Both the position numbers and the translations under genes were made by a program. Below are positions 24,882-41,127 of a DNA stretch of 64,000 nt, piece by piece. Numbering within the stretch: position 1 is the stretch's first letter; every line of letters begins with the position of its first letter. Source of the stretch: the human T2T-CHM13v2.0 reference genome, Homo sapiens; NCBI RefSeq assembly GCF_009914755.1, contig NC_060936.1; one strand, given 5' to 3'. Below the pieces are notes generated by a model. The model ran no database searches and was not told where the DNA came from. It was given only the letters and a program-made list of their open reading frames with translations.

Positions 24882-25397
24882 CTTTCCCTCATCTATTCTT
24901 TCACCAGTAGGTCAAGCTGGACTCTTATCTTGTCTCCACCTCTCACAGCACATTCTGCTCCAGACATAAGTGCAGTGGGTGAAGTTTGTCCTGGGGACAT
25001 ACCCCCTTGCAATCCATTTCACTTGACCTTTCTGCTGCCAGCTGAAAATATCTTGGCCTCCTCGTATGCTCAACCAATCTTCACTGGCATTCAGCAGCCC
25101 ACTAGGTGTTCATGGGCATGAGCTCTCGTGTGTCTTTCTGGGGACATTTACACTGGAATAGTGGGCACAGAGGATGAAGAACCTTTATAAGATAGCCTAG
25201 GGTTTCCCTTTAAACTCTTGTTTTGGGCCTCAAACATGTTAGGTATGGGTCTGGACCTAAGTTGGAATAACTCCCTGTAAAAAAATCTAAATTCCTTGTA
25301 ATCACTTTCATGGCCAATTGGGCTCTGGCCGCCCCACCCCTCCAATTCGTCTTTTACCAGTCATTCCTCACTCACTGTGCCCAGCCCACCCTGGCCT

Positions 25398-25768
25398 TCC
25401 CTTCTCCCCTCCCCTCCCCTCCCCTCCCCTCCCCTCCCCTCCTCTCCTCTCCCCTCCCCTCCCCTCGCCTTCTTTCCCTTTCTTTCTGACAGGGTCTCAC
25501 TCTGTCTCCCAGGCTGGAGTGCAGTGGCGCAATCATGGTTCACTGCAGCCTCAATCTCCTGGGCTCAACTGATCCTTCCACCTCAGCCTCCTGAGTAGCA
25601 GGGACTATGGGCACACGTCATTATGCCCAGTTGATTTCTGTATTTTTAGTAGAGATGGGGTTTTGCCATGTTGCCCAGGCTGGTCTTGAACTCCTGAGCT
25701 CAAGCGATCTGCGCACCTCGGCCTCCCAAAGTGCTGGGATTACTGGCATGAGCCACAGTGCCCAGCCC
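25398..25768 (-). mobile_element. AluJ-like element with a (CCCCT)n tract at its tail
   Basis: (CCCCT)n ~25400-25466; Alu body ~25485-25768. Confidence 0.9.
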
Positions 25769-25779
25769 ACTCAGCCCTT

Positions 25780-27375
25780 ACTGTCCCAGGAGAATGTCAA
25801 GGTTATTCTCTCCACTGGGTTTTTGTACCTGCTGTTCTCCCTGCCTGCAGTCCTCTTTCTGCAGGTCTTCACTTGATTGGTTTATTCTCATCATTCAGAT
25901 GCCAACTCAGTGGCACCTGCTTAGAGAGGCTTTCGTTTATGAAATAAATGAAGGCCTCCCAGGCCCACTATTCCTGCTATACTTTACAATACTACCATGC
26001 TGTTACCTTCATAGCAGTTACCATTAGTGAATTGTCCTATTCATTGGTTTGCTCACTTGGTCTTTGTTTATCTCCCACTCCCTTGTGTCACATATGCTTC
26101 ATGATGGCAGGGTTGTCTTGGTCACACACCGCATGTCAAGTGCTTGGCATATATATAGTATCTGAGAAATTTATTCACTGAGATGCAATATGTGTGTAAC
26201 TCAGACTTGGTTTTGTTGGCTATAAGATGAGATTATGCCTACTCCTTGTTTACAATTCACATATAGATTAGAAACAATAGAAATGCTCATAGCACATGTG
26301 CATGGTATGCTGTGTAGTAGTAACAACATTAATGCAATTTTCCATCGTCTCTGGCCCGTTTCCTGAAACTGTAAAAATTCCATGCATTGGGCCAAGTCTC
26401 TCCCACCTGGACAGCCCTACTGCCCCTCACCCTTCCCATCCATGTTCTGCTCTAATTCTCTGCATCTGCACCCCTACAGGACCTTTTCCTTTTCTGGTTT
26501 CTACTACAGTTGTTAATGTAACTGCATCTCCTGGTGGCCACTTCTGATATGACACATTGTGGAGTTGGGAGGACATTATTGGAAACCTGTTTGTGGGTCA
26601 TTCTCAAGTCGTTTCAGGAGGAGAAACACCAGCCTCAAGTTCAGATAAAAAGTCTAGGCCACAGAAATTACGGTCTCCATATCCAGCCTTTCCTGAAATC
26701 TGCATCCCCGTCTGTGACCTTACTGCCTGGCCTCGTTCAAACCCCAGCGTCTTATCTGGCTTATTGCCTCCTCCCATCTAAAAATATCAGCTTGTAATTG
26801 ATCTCCCCTCCACACATTCTCCTTCTCCACATATACATTTTCCTGATGTTCATATTTTCTCAGGCCACCACTCTGCTTAAAAACAAGCAATGGCTCCCTA
26901 CTGTATGAAGAATAAAGTCCCAGCTCCTCAGCCTGGCATCCGGGACACTTCAAAGCCTGGGTTCTACCTGGCTTTCTAGTTTCACTCTCTTCTACACTCC
27001 CGCCTCCTCAATCATTGCATGCTCATGCCTAAGGCATCTGGACCATTCCTCAAAACTACGCCTCTACATCATCAAAGCCCTGTCGGCCTTCATGCTGTTC
27101 TCTCTACCTGAAGTGCTCTGCTCCCACTTTTACCTGACAGTTGAATCCTGTCCCACTCAGAGCCAGCTCCAAGGCTCCATCTTCCATGAACTGCCTCCTG
27201 CCCCGCCCTCCCCTGCACCATTATGTCTTGGTGGAAATATAGCAATTATGCCTACTAGCCTCTCGAACAATGCTAATGGGCATAATTGTTCATATTTCCA
27301 CCAAGACATGATGGAGTTTTATTTACTTTAACCCTGTCATGTGCACAGTAGGTCATTAACATCTGTTAAATGGGT
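25780..27375 (+). mobile_element. L2 fragments (~25780-26190 and ~26760-27375)
   Basis: ctctgcttaaaaacaagcaatggctcccta and L2 3'-end motifs; boundaries approximate. Confidence 0.6.
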
Positions 27376-28388
27376 CAATGAGTATTGGAAGCTAGAGTCC
27401 ATGTTTCCCAGAGCCTAGTCAGGCTAGTCTGAGAAGTGAGAGGCCACATGTGGTGATATTGGGACAGAATCTTTGAAATTGGCATGGCCTTGGGCAACCT
27501 GGGGTGCAGAGTTACTTTAAACTGGAAGCAGAGCTTCCACTGAAATTCTATGAGCTTTAGTTTCCTTAGGGGATTACTGGGCACAATTATTTCTGAATCT
27601 CCTTTTTTATCTTGAGAGAATGAAGGCGAAGATCTTAGAATAATGGTTTATGTACTTTGACATGCCAAGATAAAAGGCAAAGTGTAAAAGTTAATACTGG
27701 AATATTAACTAACATGTGTTTGGGAAATTGTATTCCTGCAACACTATTTCTTTTTTGAAATTTAGTTGCATTTCATATTTCTTTGGTTTGTATCCCAAGA
27801 TAACTGTGGGTTACTAGTAGCTGAGATGAATGGAGCTTATGCAACTATACAATCTTTCAATGGATTTTGAGACAAAGCATTTAGTATTCTGTAGTGAACA
27901 CAATAGTCCTAGAGATTCAGAAACCAGATACATAAATTCATCTTTTTTTCTGAGTCACTTTGTTGTGTCTCTTAGTGATCTTTTGACTCAGTTTTTTCAC
28001 CTGAAATTTGGAAATATTATTTGATTTCCGATATTTCCAATAAGTTAAATGTTCAGTGAACACTAATTGAGTCATACCCATAGAGCTGAAGGTTTTCCAG
28101 AAAAATGCCTCAGAAGAAGTTAAATTTGAAGTTGCATATTTGTGGCCTGTTTTTCTGTTTCATACACCTACACCCCAAGACCAGCATTATAGGGTGCACA
28201 TCTTCTGTTACTCTTCTTGGCTATTGGGGAGATTACTTGCCTGGCTCAGAGAGGAAACCTTTCTATGTTCTTTGATAGATTTTATACATTAGAGCCCCTT
28301 CTTGCTCAGAAGATAGCAGCAGGTGGCTAAGCTTGGAATATCTACTGTCAATTCCATGTAGAGAGCTACATCAGACCAGGTCCCAACA

Positions 28389-28442
28389 ACCCAACCTTCA
28401 TCAGAGACCCAACCTCCATCAGAGACCCAACCTCCGTCAGAG
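28389..28442. repeat. 18-bp tandem repeat x3 (acccaacctccatcagag)
   Basis: Units start at 28389, 28407 and 28425; the outer units each differ from the middle one by one base. Confidence 0.92.
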
Positions 28443-28795
28443 ATCCTACCACCATAGAGACTGGTAGGAGTTTCATGGTAGGCGTTAAGCATGAGCCTGT
28501 CTCTGGGTCTGTGTCTCTATTTCTGGGTGAAGGAATATATATATATATATTCTCTTGGGCACATCCTACTTAAAAAAAGGAGATTAACCATATTACATCC
28601 CTGACTTGCACCATGTGGCTTAATAAGCAAGACATGTCATAAAGTTAACAGTTAGTTCTATGGCTTATAGCAGTGTAAACTAAATACCTGAGTGTAGTTT
28701 CTAGAGTAATTAGAGTCTGGTGGGATTGGGACAGGTTTCCACATTCCCTAGGGTTTCTGAATAATCCTAGGCCAAGCTTGGATCTTAAGTACTTT

Positions 28796-29098
28796 CTTTA
28801 CTTTTTTTTTTTTTTGAGACAGCAGCTCACTCTGTCACCCAGGCTGGAATTCAGTGACACCATCACGGCTCACTGCAGCCTTGACCTTCTTGGCTCTATC
28901 GATCCTCCCACCTCAGCCTCCCAGGTAGCTGGGACTACCGGTGTACACCATCATGCCCAGCTAATTTGTTGTATTTTTTGTAGAGATGGGTTTTGCCATG
29001 TTGCTCAGGCTTGTCTTGAACTCCTGGGCTCAAGCAATCCACCTGCCTAGGCCTCCCAGAGTGCTGGGATTACATGTGTGAGCCACTGTGCCTGGCCT
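28796..29098 (-). mobile_element. AluJ-like element with TSD
   Basis: gatcttaagtacttt (28781-28795) and gatcttaggtatttt (29099-29113) flanks. Confidence 0.92.
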
Positions 29099-31419
29099 GA
29101 TCTTAGGTATTTTGAAGACCAATTAACTGGGGTTTCTTCTTGACTGTCCAGGGATACTTTTTGTTTACTACTGATCTGTCAGAGACCTTGAAAATCATCC
29201 CTGGCCAAGGCTCAGAGGTTTCTTAAGGGGCCAGCTAGAGCTTGGCATTATCAAGGCTTGCCATGAAGAGAAAATGCCCCCAAGACCCACCCAGGGTCAG
29301 ATCTTTCATGCTCATGTGAACTTGTAGAATAATTATTCCAAAGTCCCAGCCACTACCCAGAAAGCAGTATATAGTTAATACGTTCCTGGCAAATATAAGT
29401 CCCTCTGTATGGCTCTGCAATTTAGACTACCACTCATGAGAATAACACCAAGGCCTAGACCAACAGCATTGTGTATGTACCCTGGAAAATACTTCAGATC
29501 TCATTGATTCATCTCCCAACCAGATCAAGTATGTGAGATAAACAGCCAGTTCCATGGGATATGGTTGCTTTGTTTTATTTGAGATTGTGTTTCAAACACA
29601 CCACCTACCAGTACTACTACCAGTGCTGGAATATTTGGGGTACCCATTCCTAGGCTATATGTGAGCCAAGTTCAACAGATTGTATGATTCCCCACCAAGT
29701 TCAGAGGAAGGGTTGCCCACCAGGTACTCGCCGGTCTGAGCTAAGCAACTGCAGAATGAGGGAAACACACTTAACAGATGAGGCTGTGAATGCCGGTGCT
29801 GATGTCCTCTGTTCTAAGAGCAAATGATGTCTTCCATAATATGGATGCAGTCATGGCCAAATGTATATTCAGCAGTATGTTCCTCCCATCGCTGCTCTGG
29901 GGAGATAACGGATAATGCTATTCCTCCAGTAGTGTGAAGTGAGAGGGGGTCAAGAAAACATTTTCAGTTTAGAGCAACGGGGCGTGAGATGCATCCAATC
30001 TTATGCAATCCTAAGTCCCTGGGCACGAATGGAATTTGTAACCAGCAAAGAAATTCTTTATAATAATTTAATTTGTATGTGAGATTGAGCTTGTGAGAGT
30101 GAGTGACAGAGAGGTAGAGGGGAAAAGACAGAGGGAATGAGAGGGGAGAAAGACAATGAAAAAGATGAATGAGAATGAATAATGGGAGGCAAAGATAAAG
30201 GAAAAGCAATATAAAGCAGAGAGGGGAGAGAAAAGAAGTAATAACTTCTGATAATTGCGGAAATATATCACAAACATAATTGTATAAAAGGAGGGATTTA
30301 GATAGTGAACAGGAAAGTTGAGAGCATGGCTGAAGGTAGAAGAAAGAAGGAAGAAATGAATAACAGGAAAACAAAGAGAGAAAAAAAAGGAAAACATTTC
30401 AAGGAATAGGTAGGAAACAAGATGTGCCTTGGGAATTTCAATGAATTATTTTGTCTCCCAAGTTTTAAACTTACAATGTGTTCTGCCATGACGGTCTAAT
30501 TCTCAATTAAGATATGCTAATAAGGCTGACCGCATACCATATACTCGCCATGCCTGATAAGCAGTTTAGCTTCTTTTTGGGTTTGGTGGGAGAGCAGTTA
30601 TGTTTCCACACTGAAGTTTCTCATTGGCTTTCCTCCTACAAAGGCACAAAATGACCACATGTTGTTCTTACTAATATTTGTTTTAGTCTGACACACTTCG
30701 ATCTCTGCCGAGTTGACTACTAACTGCTTCGTACACACTTCGTATTCCTCCACCTGCTTTCAGTTACCTTCATTAAAAATATTCACATAAATCTTTATTA
30801 ATAGAGAAAAATGGATTCACTCTGGTTTATTTATCTGTGGGTAAGTTTAATTATTTTCCAGTATGCAAAGCATCTTAGGAGGCTGCAAACATGGCTCAGA
30901 AGTAACATTGCCAGAAAAGGGGAAGCTTGTGCCATAGAGTCAACTTGCTGACCTGCAAGTAACAGACAGTGAATGTTAGCTGAATGATGGTAATTGAGTG
31001 AAAATTTGGACTGCCCTTCAAGGGATGTTAGAAAGAGTATCAGAAAAGGGCAGGAAGACTTAACATATATAGTGACCAATTACTGAGCATCCAAGCATAG
31101 TGAAAATCACCGTGCATATATTATCACATTTCACAGAAGCAGAACCCATTCTTTTTCATATGCAAATTTCTCCTTAAAAATCTCTGTCCTATGATACTGT
31201 GGGAACTCTAGGCTACTTCTCGATGGCTTCTAGGCATCCCCAGGAAGTGCGTATATTCTCCTGAAATCATTGCCAAGGGCTTACTGCAGATTATCCCAGG
31301 TTTCTCCTGCTGGGCTCACCTTGCCTCTCCACAGTGCACCACAATTTCTGGTCCGCTCCATCTTAAGATGTCATTGTAGATCTTCCCTTTATTTCCAAAG
31401 CCAATGCAATCACAAAGAT

Positions 31420-31880
31420 ATGGAGAGTAGCAATGGTTAAGATTATAAGCTTTGCAGTCAAACTTCTTGAGTTCAAATCCAGGCTCTGAATCTTACTAGT
31501 TGTATGACCTTAAGTTACTTGTATGACCTCCTGTACCTCAGTTTTTTACTCAGTTTTTTACCTCAGTGAAATGAGGCTGATAATAATACTTTTTTCCCTG
31601 GGTTGCCATGAAGATTAAATAAGTTAACTCATTCTGCGAGTTAATTTTTATGTGAGATTGAGCCCGTGAGAATGAGTGACAGAGAGGTAGAGGGAAAAAA
31701 ATGGAGGGAGTGAGAGAGGAGAAAGTGGGAAAGACAATGGAAAAGATAAATGAGAATGAATAATGGGAGGTAGAGATAAAGGAAAAGCAATAGAAAGCAG
31801 AGAAGTTAATTCATTAAAATACATAGAGCACTTTGAAGAATGCTTGCTATGTTGTAAGTACTTAATAAAGTTCGTTATTA
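31420..31880 (+). mobile_element. MIR SINE interrupted by a ~170-bp local copy
   Basis: gagttcaaatccaggctctg core; 3' end agcacttt...taagtacttaataaa resumes after 31815. Confidence 0.8.
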
Positions 31881-32611
31881 GTGACAGGTTGTAAGGGTTA
31901 GGAAATTTTTTACTGAACACATGCATTTCTTAGGTTATAAAAAAGTATAGCTTTGAGGAGAAACAATGTGAAATTGGAAAACAGATTCTGCTGCTGCTAG
32001 AATCCATTGGCCAGTCCCTAATGCAGTCTCCCAGGGTTGTCTCCCTCCTTAGTCTCTGCCATCTTGCTGGAGCCATACTCTTCCATAGTCCATGCATTCT
32101 TGTCTCCCATTATTCCCCACGTCTTGAATCACAACTCCTAGAGTCTCAAGGAAGCCAAAAACAAGTAAATAGCATGACAGTCTCTGCCCCCAAGGCCTAC
32201 AACTCTTTCATTTTGCTGTTTAGAAGTCAGAGGTCTTTATGGTATTAATCCCTCTCCCTAGATTGGACACTGAGTCTTACATCTGCATAACCACAAGTCC
32301 CACTCAAGTGTTTCACAAATAAAATGACAGTCTTCGCCCCAAAGATGAATTCTCCTGGCATTCCTACGATAAGGATAGGGTTGTAGGGGGGTGGGAACCC
32401 CTCCAGAGGCTCAGGATTTGTCATTAGCATTGAACATACTAAAAACATATGCTTTGACTAAGGCAGGCTTGTTCTGAGCCCTTGAAGCATGTTTGGTGTT
32501 CTTGATGGCCATCATCTTGAAGAAAAACCTGAGGTACTTCCAAAAATGTTCTAGGCACTAAATTAGTGAAGACGTACACTTTGTGGCAATGAGTCTGCAA
32601 CTGTTCCTTGA

Positions 32612-33376
<765 letters not shown>

Positions 33377-35871
33377 ATCTTTGTTTTTGGATATTCAGCT
33401 GAGACTTTAATCTCAAAATCTTTATCTTTAAAATCAATGGCATTTGTTAATGTCTTTTTTTCTTACTAACAATACCACAGTCTTTCACTGACACAGATTT
33501 AAAATCTCTAAGCCAATTTTTTTTTAAATCATGATGCACTATAAGAAATGCATTTTACATCATACACACACCCACACACACATATATATACATGTGCAAA
33601 CACACATGTAAGTGAAACAAAATTTCCCCCAAGAGTACTTACCCTTATTATGTTTGATATACTGTAATCTGTTTTATTCCAATCTATTTCATTCCATTAA
33701 AGAATTTGGTTGTAAACCATTAAATTAATTTCATGACCCACTAAAGATACGAATTGCTGTTCCAAAAATACTGCTTTTAAATACTTTTTCATTCATCTTT
33801 CTCTTTTAACTCCCAAATCCAATCAGTAGTGAGTTTACTTTCAAAATGTCTTGTATATTCAATCTTTTTCTAAAATTTTCTCTCTGATGCTTTCAAAAGT
33901 TTACTTTTATTGGGAGGCCTTCTCCACTTTCTTCAGCTAAAGGCAATTTTACTCCCCTCTAAGTAACTCTATTTATCAGATTGTGTCTCTCTTAAATTAC
34001 TTAATCACGGAAAATGTCACACCCCATAAATCTGTTTTCTTATCTTACTTTATTTTTTCTTCTTAGGTCTTGTCACTTGACAATTATATTAGTCAGGATT
34101 CTCCAGAGAGACAGAACAAATGAGATATTTCTATATTTATATGTGGATGTGGATATAGATGTAGATAGATGAGAGGCGATTTATGAGGGGAATTGGCTCA
34201 CATGATTTTGGAGGCTGAGAAGTCCCATGACCAGACATCTATAAACCAGAGACCTGAAACACCAGTAGCATGACTCAGTCCAAGTCCAAAGGTCTCAGAA
34301 CTAGGAAAGCCTGGGTGTAACTCTCAGTCTGAGACTGTAGGTTTGAGAACCTGGGTGATTGCTGGTTTAAGTCCTGGAGTCCCAAGGCTGGAGAGCCTGG
34401 AGTTCTCACGTCTAAGGGCAGGAGAAAGGGTGTGTCCCAGCTCCAGGAGGGAGAGTGAGGAAGTCCTTTTCTCTCTGTTTATTTTTTTTCTTGTTCTATC
34501 CTCACCCCAGCTGACTGGATGGTGCCTGTCCACATTGACAGCAGATCTTTCCCACTTAGTCCACAGGCTCATACACCAATCTCATCTGGGAAACACCCTC
34601 ACAGACACACCCAGAAGTAATGCCTTACTGGTTCTCTAGGCATTCCCTAATTCAGTCAAGTTGACACCTAAAATTAGCCAATATTAAGTCTACCCCTTGC
34701 CAACTTGGCACTCATATACATCTCCTTAAGCCATACCTGACCTCCAAATAAGGACACTAACAAGGTATTAGTTCCACTTAATGTGGTATAATTATCCTGC
34801 ATACACTGAAAATGGACTAATCCTGTCCTCAGAAGAGGAAGAAAAGTCCCTGGGTGATGTTTACTCTTCTCTGATATCCTATAATTAAATACTGTGATGT
34901 AAAAATTAACAATGCTTAAATATTATGATATAAAGTCAATGTATCTTATGTTACATGATAAAGGAATAAGACAGAAATGAAAACAAAGATATTTGCTTAA
35001 CCTATGTAAATATACGCAAAAACACATAACAAAATAGGGAGGAAATATTCATGACAATTACAGTCCTTGTTTCTGTAACTGTTCACATGGCCATAGCGGG
35101 TATTTATAACCACCATTCAGCAAATACTTGGCTAGCTGTGGTTCTTTACTTGGTAGGGTGACCCAAAACCTCATGCCTGAAGTGTCTGGGCCATTTGTAG
35201 TCCTGCCTAAATTGGGTTGTTGTAATTTCCCATTTACCTTAATCACAGGGCATGATAATATTAAGAGATACCCTAAGAGCTCTCCAGATACTCTTTCTTA
35301 CCCCCATTGTGGAGGAGTAGTCCAATTTCCCCTAGTCTGAATCAATCACCCTAGTCAACACCGTAACTCTCTCCTTAGCCTGTTGACTCAGAGGCACATG
35401 GAGCCCAAAGTGGCTGGGTGGCAGTCTTGACTTCCAGTTAAATGCGATCATTATTGTGTCTCCTGCTGGTAGCATTCCTCTTTCTGAAAAAAAATCTCTA
35501 GGCGAGCAGAAGATAAAGTCATGGGAACAGGAAACAAAACTTTTGCTAGTGGGTCACTTGGTATAATATTAAGTGGTGCCACTCCTCTTTCCACTTCTTG
35601 ATTCCTGCCCACGAATCTTGGCTATGGGAGGAACAGCACTATATATTGGACCCTGATTTAGAGCATGTATAGCCATCTGGGGAGACTTGCCCCAGCCCTG
35701 CAAAGTACTGTCACCTACCTGGCACTGTAATTACATCCTCAAAAGGGCATTCCACTGTTCTGTCAAGCTAGCTGCTTCAGGATAGTGGAGAACATGGTAA
35801 GACCACTGAATTTCATGAGCATTAGCCCACTGCTGTGAAGTGAGTTCCATAATGAGAAGCAGAGCTGTGTA

Positions 35872-36657
<786 letters not shown>

Positions 36658-39600
36658 TGTGGAATACCATGATGGTGGACAAAACATTCTGTGACACCAT
36701 GAATGGTAGTTTTGGCAGAAGCACTGTGTGCAGGGAAGGTGAATCCATATGCAGAGTGTCTATTCCAGTAAGGATAAAATGCTACCCCTTCCATGATGGA
36801 AATGGTCCAAGTAATCAACCTGACACCAGGTAGCTGGCTGATCATCCTGGGGAAAGGGGCCATATCGGAGACTCAGTGTTAGTCTCTGCTGCTGGCAGAT
36901 TGAGCACTCAGAGGTGGCCATAGCCAGGCTGGCATTAGTGGGTGGAAGTCCATGTTGCTGAGCCCCTGCATCACTCCATCCCAGCCACGATGGCCACTTC
37001 ATTCATGAGCCCATTGGGCAATTACAAGAGTGGCTGGGGAAAGAGGATGACTGGTATCCATAGAACAGGTCATCTTATCCACTTGATTATTAAATTTCTT
37101 CTCCTCTGAGGTCACCTTTGGTTAGCATTCACATGGGACACAAATATCTTCACAACTTCTGCCCACTCATAGAAGTCTATCCACGTGACTCTTTCCCACA
37201 TTTCTTTGTCACCAATGTTTCAATCATGTCCTTTCCAAGTCCCTGACCCTCTGGTCAAACCACTGGCCACAGCCCATGAATCGGCATACAATCACACTTC
37301 CTTCCAAGAGAAGTGCACGACCAGGTGCACTGCCCCAAATTCTGCCCATTGAGAAGACTTCCCTTCACCACTGCCTTCAAGAATGTCCAAGAAAAGAGCT
37401 GTAGTGCTGCAATTGTCCACTTTCAAGTGGTGCTTGCATATCATGCAGAAATATCTGTAAACCAGACCTTACTCTTCTTCTGTCAACTGGTTATAGGGTA
37501 CTACCCAAAAGGCCATAGGTGCAGGCAGGGAGAGAGAAGGCAGTGTAGCAAGAGTAGGAACCATTTGTGCCAGTTCTTCATGTAACTTACCTGTGCCTTC
37601 AAGACCCAATGGGCCTGGTCACATATATATCACTTCCATTTGATGATGGAGTGCTGCTGTGCACATCCAACCTCACGGCTTGGTGAGCCTGAAAACACCC
37701 AGTTTATGGCAGGAATTTCAGATTGCATGGTAACTTTGTGGCCCATGGTCAGGCCTTCAGTTTCTACTATGGCCCAGTAGCAGGCCAAAACTGTCTCTCA
37801 AAAGGAGAGTAGCTGTCTACAGATGACGGCAGGGCCTTGCTTCAAAATCCTAAGGGCCTTTGCTGTGATTCACCTATAAGGGCTTGCCAAAGGCTCCAAA
37901 CAGAATCCCTGTCTGCTGCTGACACCTCAAGCCTTATTGCATCTGCTGGATCATATGGCCCAAGTGGCAGAGCAGCTTGCACGGCAGTCTGTACCTGCTG
38001 TAGAGCCTTCTTCCATTCTGGGGCCCACTCAAAACTAGCAGCTGTTCCAGTCACTTGGTAGATAGGCTAGTAACATACCCACTGGACCCCTAGAAATTTC
38101 AATGAGGCGGAAGTCCCCGAATTTCAGTTAGATTTTCACCCTCTGACATGCAAATGACTTACCAATAAGTCCAGGGTAATTGCTACTTCACGCTTACTAG
38201 GTCCAATCAGCATAATGTCATCAATGTAATGGACCAGTGTGATAGCTTGTGGAAGGGGAAGGTGATCAAGATCCCTTCAAACTAAATTGTGACACGGGGC
38301 TGGATCTACCCCTGAGATAGGACAGTGAGGGAGTATTGCTGGCCTCATCAGCTGAAAGCACACTGCTTCTGGTGGGCTTTGTGGACAGGTATGGAGAAAA
38401 AGGTATTTTCCAGATCAATAGCTGCATACTGGTATGAGGATATGTGTTAATTTGCTCAAGCAATGGAAACACATCTGGTATGGCAGCAGCAATTGGAGTT
38501 ACCACTTGGTTAAGCTTAATAATTTACTGTTATCCTCCAGGATCCATCTATCTTCCGCACAGGCCATAAAGGAGAGTTGAATGGGGATACGGTGGGACTC
38601 ATCACCCCTGCATCCTTCAAGTCCTTGATGGTGGGACTCACCACCCCTGCATCCTTCAAGGCCATGATGGTGGCACTCATCTTGGTAATCCCTCCAGGGA
38701 TGTGATGCTGGTTTTGAGTTACTGTTTTCCTAGGTAGGGGCAGCTCTAATGGACTTCCATTTAGACTTTCCCACCATAATAACCCTCATCCTACTGGTCA
38801 GGGAACCAACATGGGATTCTGCTAGCTGCTGAATATGTCTATTCCAATCATGCATCTGGAACAGGGGAAATGACCACAAGATGGGTCCGGAGACCCACTG
38901 AGCCTGCGGTGAGTTGGACCTGAGCTAAAACTCTATTGATCCCCTAACTTCCATAAGCTCCTACTCTGACTGGTGAACCACAGTGATGTTTTGGGTCTCC
39001 TGGAATCGATGTCAGTTCAGAGCCAATGTCCAGTAGTCCCCAAAATGTCTGATTATTTTCCTTTCCCAAGTGCACAATTACCCTGGTAAAAGGCCGGAGG
39101 TCTCTTTGGGGAAAGATCAGAGAAAGATTAACAGTATATATTTTTGGTAGTATACCAGGCTCCTTCCTGGAGGGGCCCTGGCCCCCCCTTCATTAGAGGG
39201 GTTTTGGGTCTGTAAACTGGCTCAAGTCTGGGAACTGATTGAGAGGCCATGATTTTCTGTTTTTATGATTCAAGGTAGAATTTTGTTCACTTGACCTGGA
39301 AATGTTCTGCTTATATAAATCAAGTAAGAATGTAGTAGGCTTCCTATCTATTTCACTTCTAGGAACACCATGATTAACTAGCCAATGCCACAGATCTACG
39401 TAAGTCAGACTATTCTGATTGTTGCTTTGCCTCTGCTGTTTATTATGGTAAACACATCCACATTGCTTTAGTGATTGAGAGCTGCAGCTTGGCCCCAGCC
39501 ACCCAGGATCCAATGATTCCCATTGCATTTGTGTTTTCCAATTGAGTAACTGTGCCTCCCACTGCAAGGTCCATCCTCTGGAGAAGAACAATCACGGAGT

Positions 39601-41127
39601 TCTTCAGGCATGCTGGGGCTCTGCTCACAAATCTGTTTCTCACAGTATTGGTGAAAGGTATGTCTTCAGACCCTCCCTTTATAGGTGAGCAGATTTTAAG
39701 TGATAAATCCAGTACAGGCTTCCATTCTCTCTAGGCATTTTAATCCCTTCCTCTACAATAAACCAAGGGAGAGCAGGCATCTCCAGCTCCCTCACAGTGG
39801 GCCACCTTTTGATCCATGTTTCAGCCAACCAACCAAACAGATGGTTAGCACCTTTCCTAACTCCTGGAGCTGCAACATTAAGCACAGAATCTCTGCTTAG
39901 TGGTCCCATATGAATAAATTCAGCCTGATCCAACTTTGTGTTCCTTCCACCATTATCTCACACCCTTAATATCCATCTCACACATGTTTCCCAGATTTCT
40001 GCTTGTATAAATTAGAAAACTCAAGTAGTTCTTTTGGAATGTAGCATACCTCCTCATGAGTCACGTTTTCTACCTCACCTTTAGGGGCCTGCTGGGACTT
40101 GAGTCTGGTTATAGGGCTAGAAACAAAGAGGGGAGGTGAGGGTGGGTCCTGAGGAGAATCAGCCTTGTCTTGGAAACTGCCTTGGGACGCCATTACTGTT
40201 TCCTCGGGCAAGGAAGGGCTAACCCCTTCAGACACAGGTGGAAAGGCTGATATTGATACTGTTGTGGGTGGGAAGGCTGCTGCCTGGGGGTGAGGGTTGT
40301 AAGACCACCTCTGCTTGGCAAACAAGTCTCATCAGAATTTAGGGGCTCAATGTCCCCAGTTTCATCAGAGTCTTTCCACACATCCTCATCCCAATTTACA
40401 GAATCCCATTCTCTCCCAATCACTGCCCTTAATTTCACACCAGACACTCTGAGAGGCTGAGTCCAACTTTTGTTGTAAATCAGCCAATCAGATGATAAGG
40501 GCTTGTGTTTGATTTTCAGCAATTTCAGCCCTGCAGTTACAGAAGAGAAGATTCTGGCTCAGGGCACACTTAGAAGCTTGTAGGTTATTTATGCAGAACT
40601 GGAGCTGGAAATTTGAATCTCTGTTATATTTTTCCATCACTTTGACCAGTGACATTAGAAGCAGCCCATCAATGTTATTATTTTCCTTAGTTTTCCACAA
40701 ATGTTTAAAGGTGTCATGTACAGAGTCATCAAGTTCCTTGCATTAATTTGGATTTAGATTTGGAGCATCAAATGCAGATATTTTGTGTATCTCTATAAAC
40801 AGTTTAGGACATGAATTAGCAGTGCTCTCTGTACTGTTAGAAGTAGAGTTCCGAGCATTTTTAGGTGTGGTCACATTAAAGAGACAATTTTAGAAACCCC
40901 AAAACCAATTAGGGGAACTCATTTTTAAAATTCTGTTCCTCTAGAACCACTCCTGGTACCAAAATCTGTACTAATCAGAGTACGGCAGACAAATAATATC
41001 CTAAGCCTCCCAACTGACCTAACAGACCCCCTTTTGGCCAAGAGTACCCAGAGAAACCTTCAAAACTGAGTTCTGGCCAGGACAGGATGGGAGGTCGGAC
41101 ATGTCTCAGTATACTCCTTCTTTATTA

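Noticed and set aside
28389-28442. 18-bp repeats as a CRISPR-like array or coding repeat
   Set aside because: Head-to-tail with no spacers, eukaryotic context, no cas genes; an ordinary minisatellite
31151-31167. Octamer ATGCAAAT as an OCT4-SOX2 composite site
   Set aside because: The adjacent sequence lacks a proper SOX half-site; an isolated 8-mer is expected by chance
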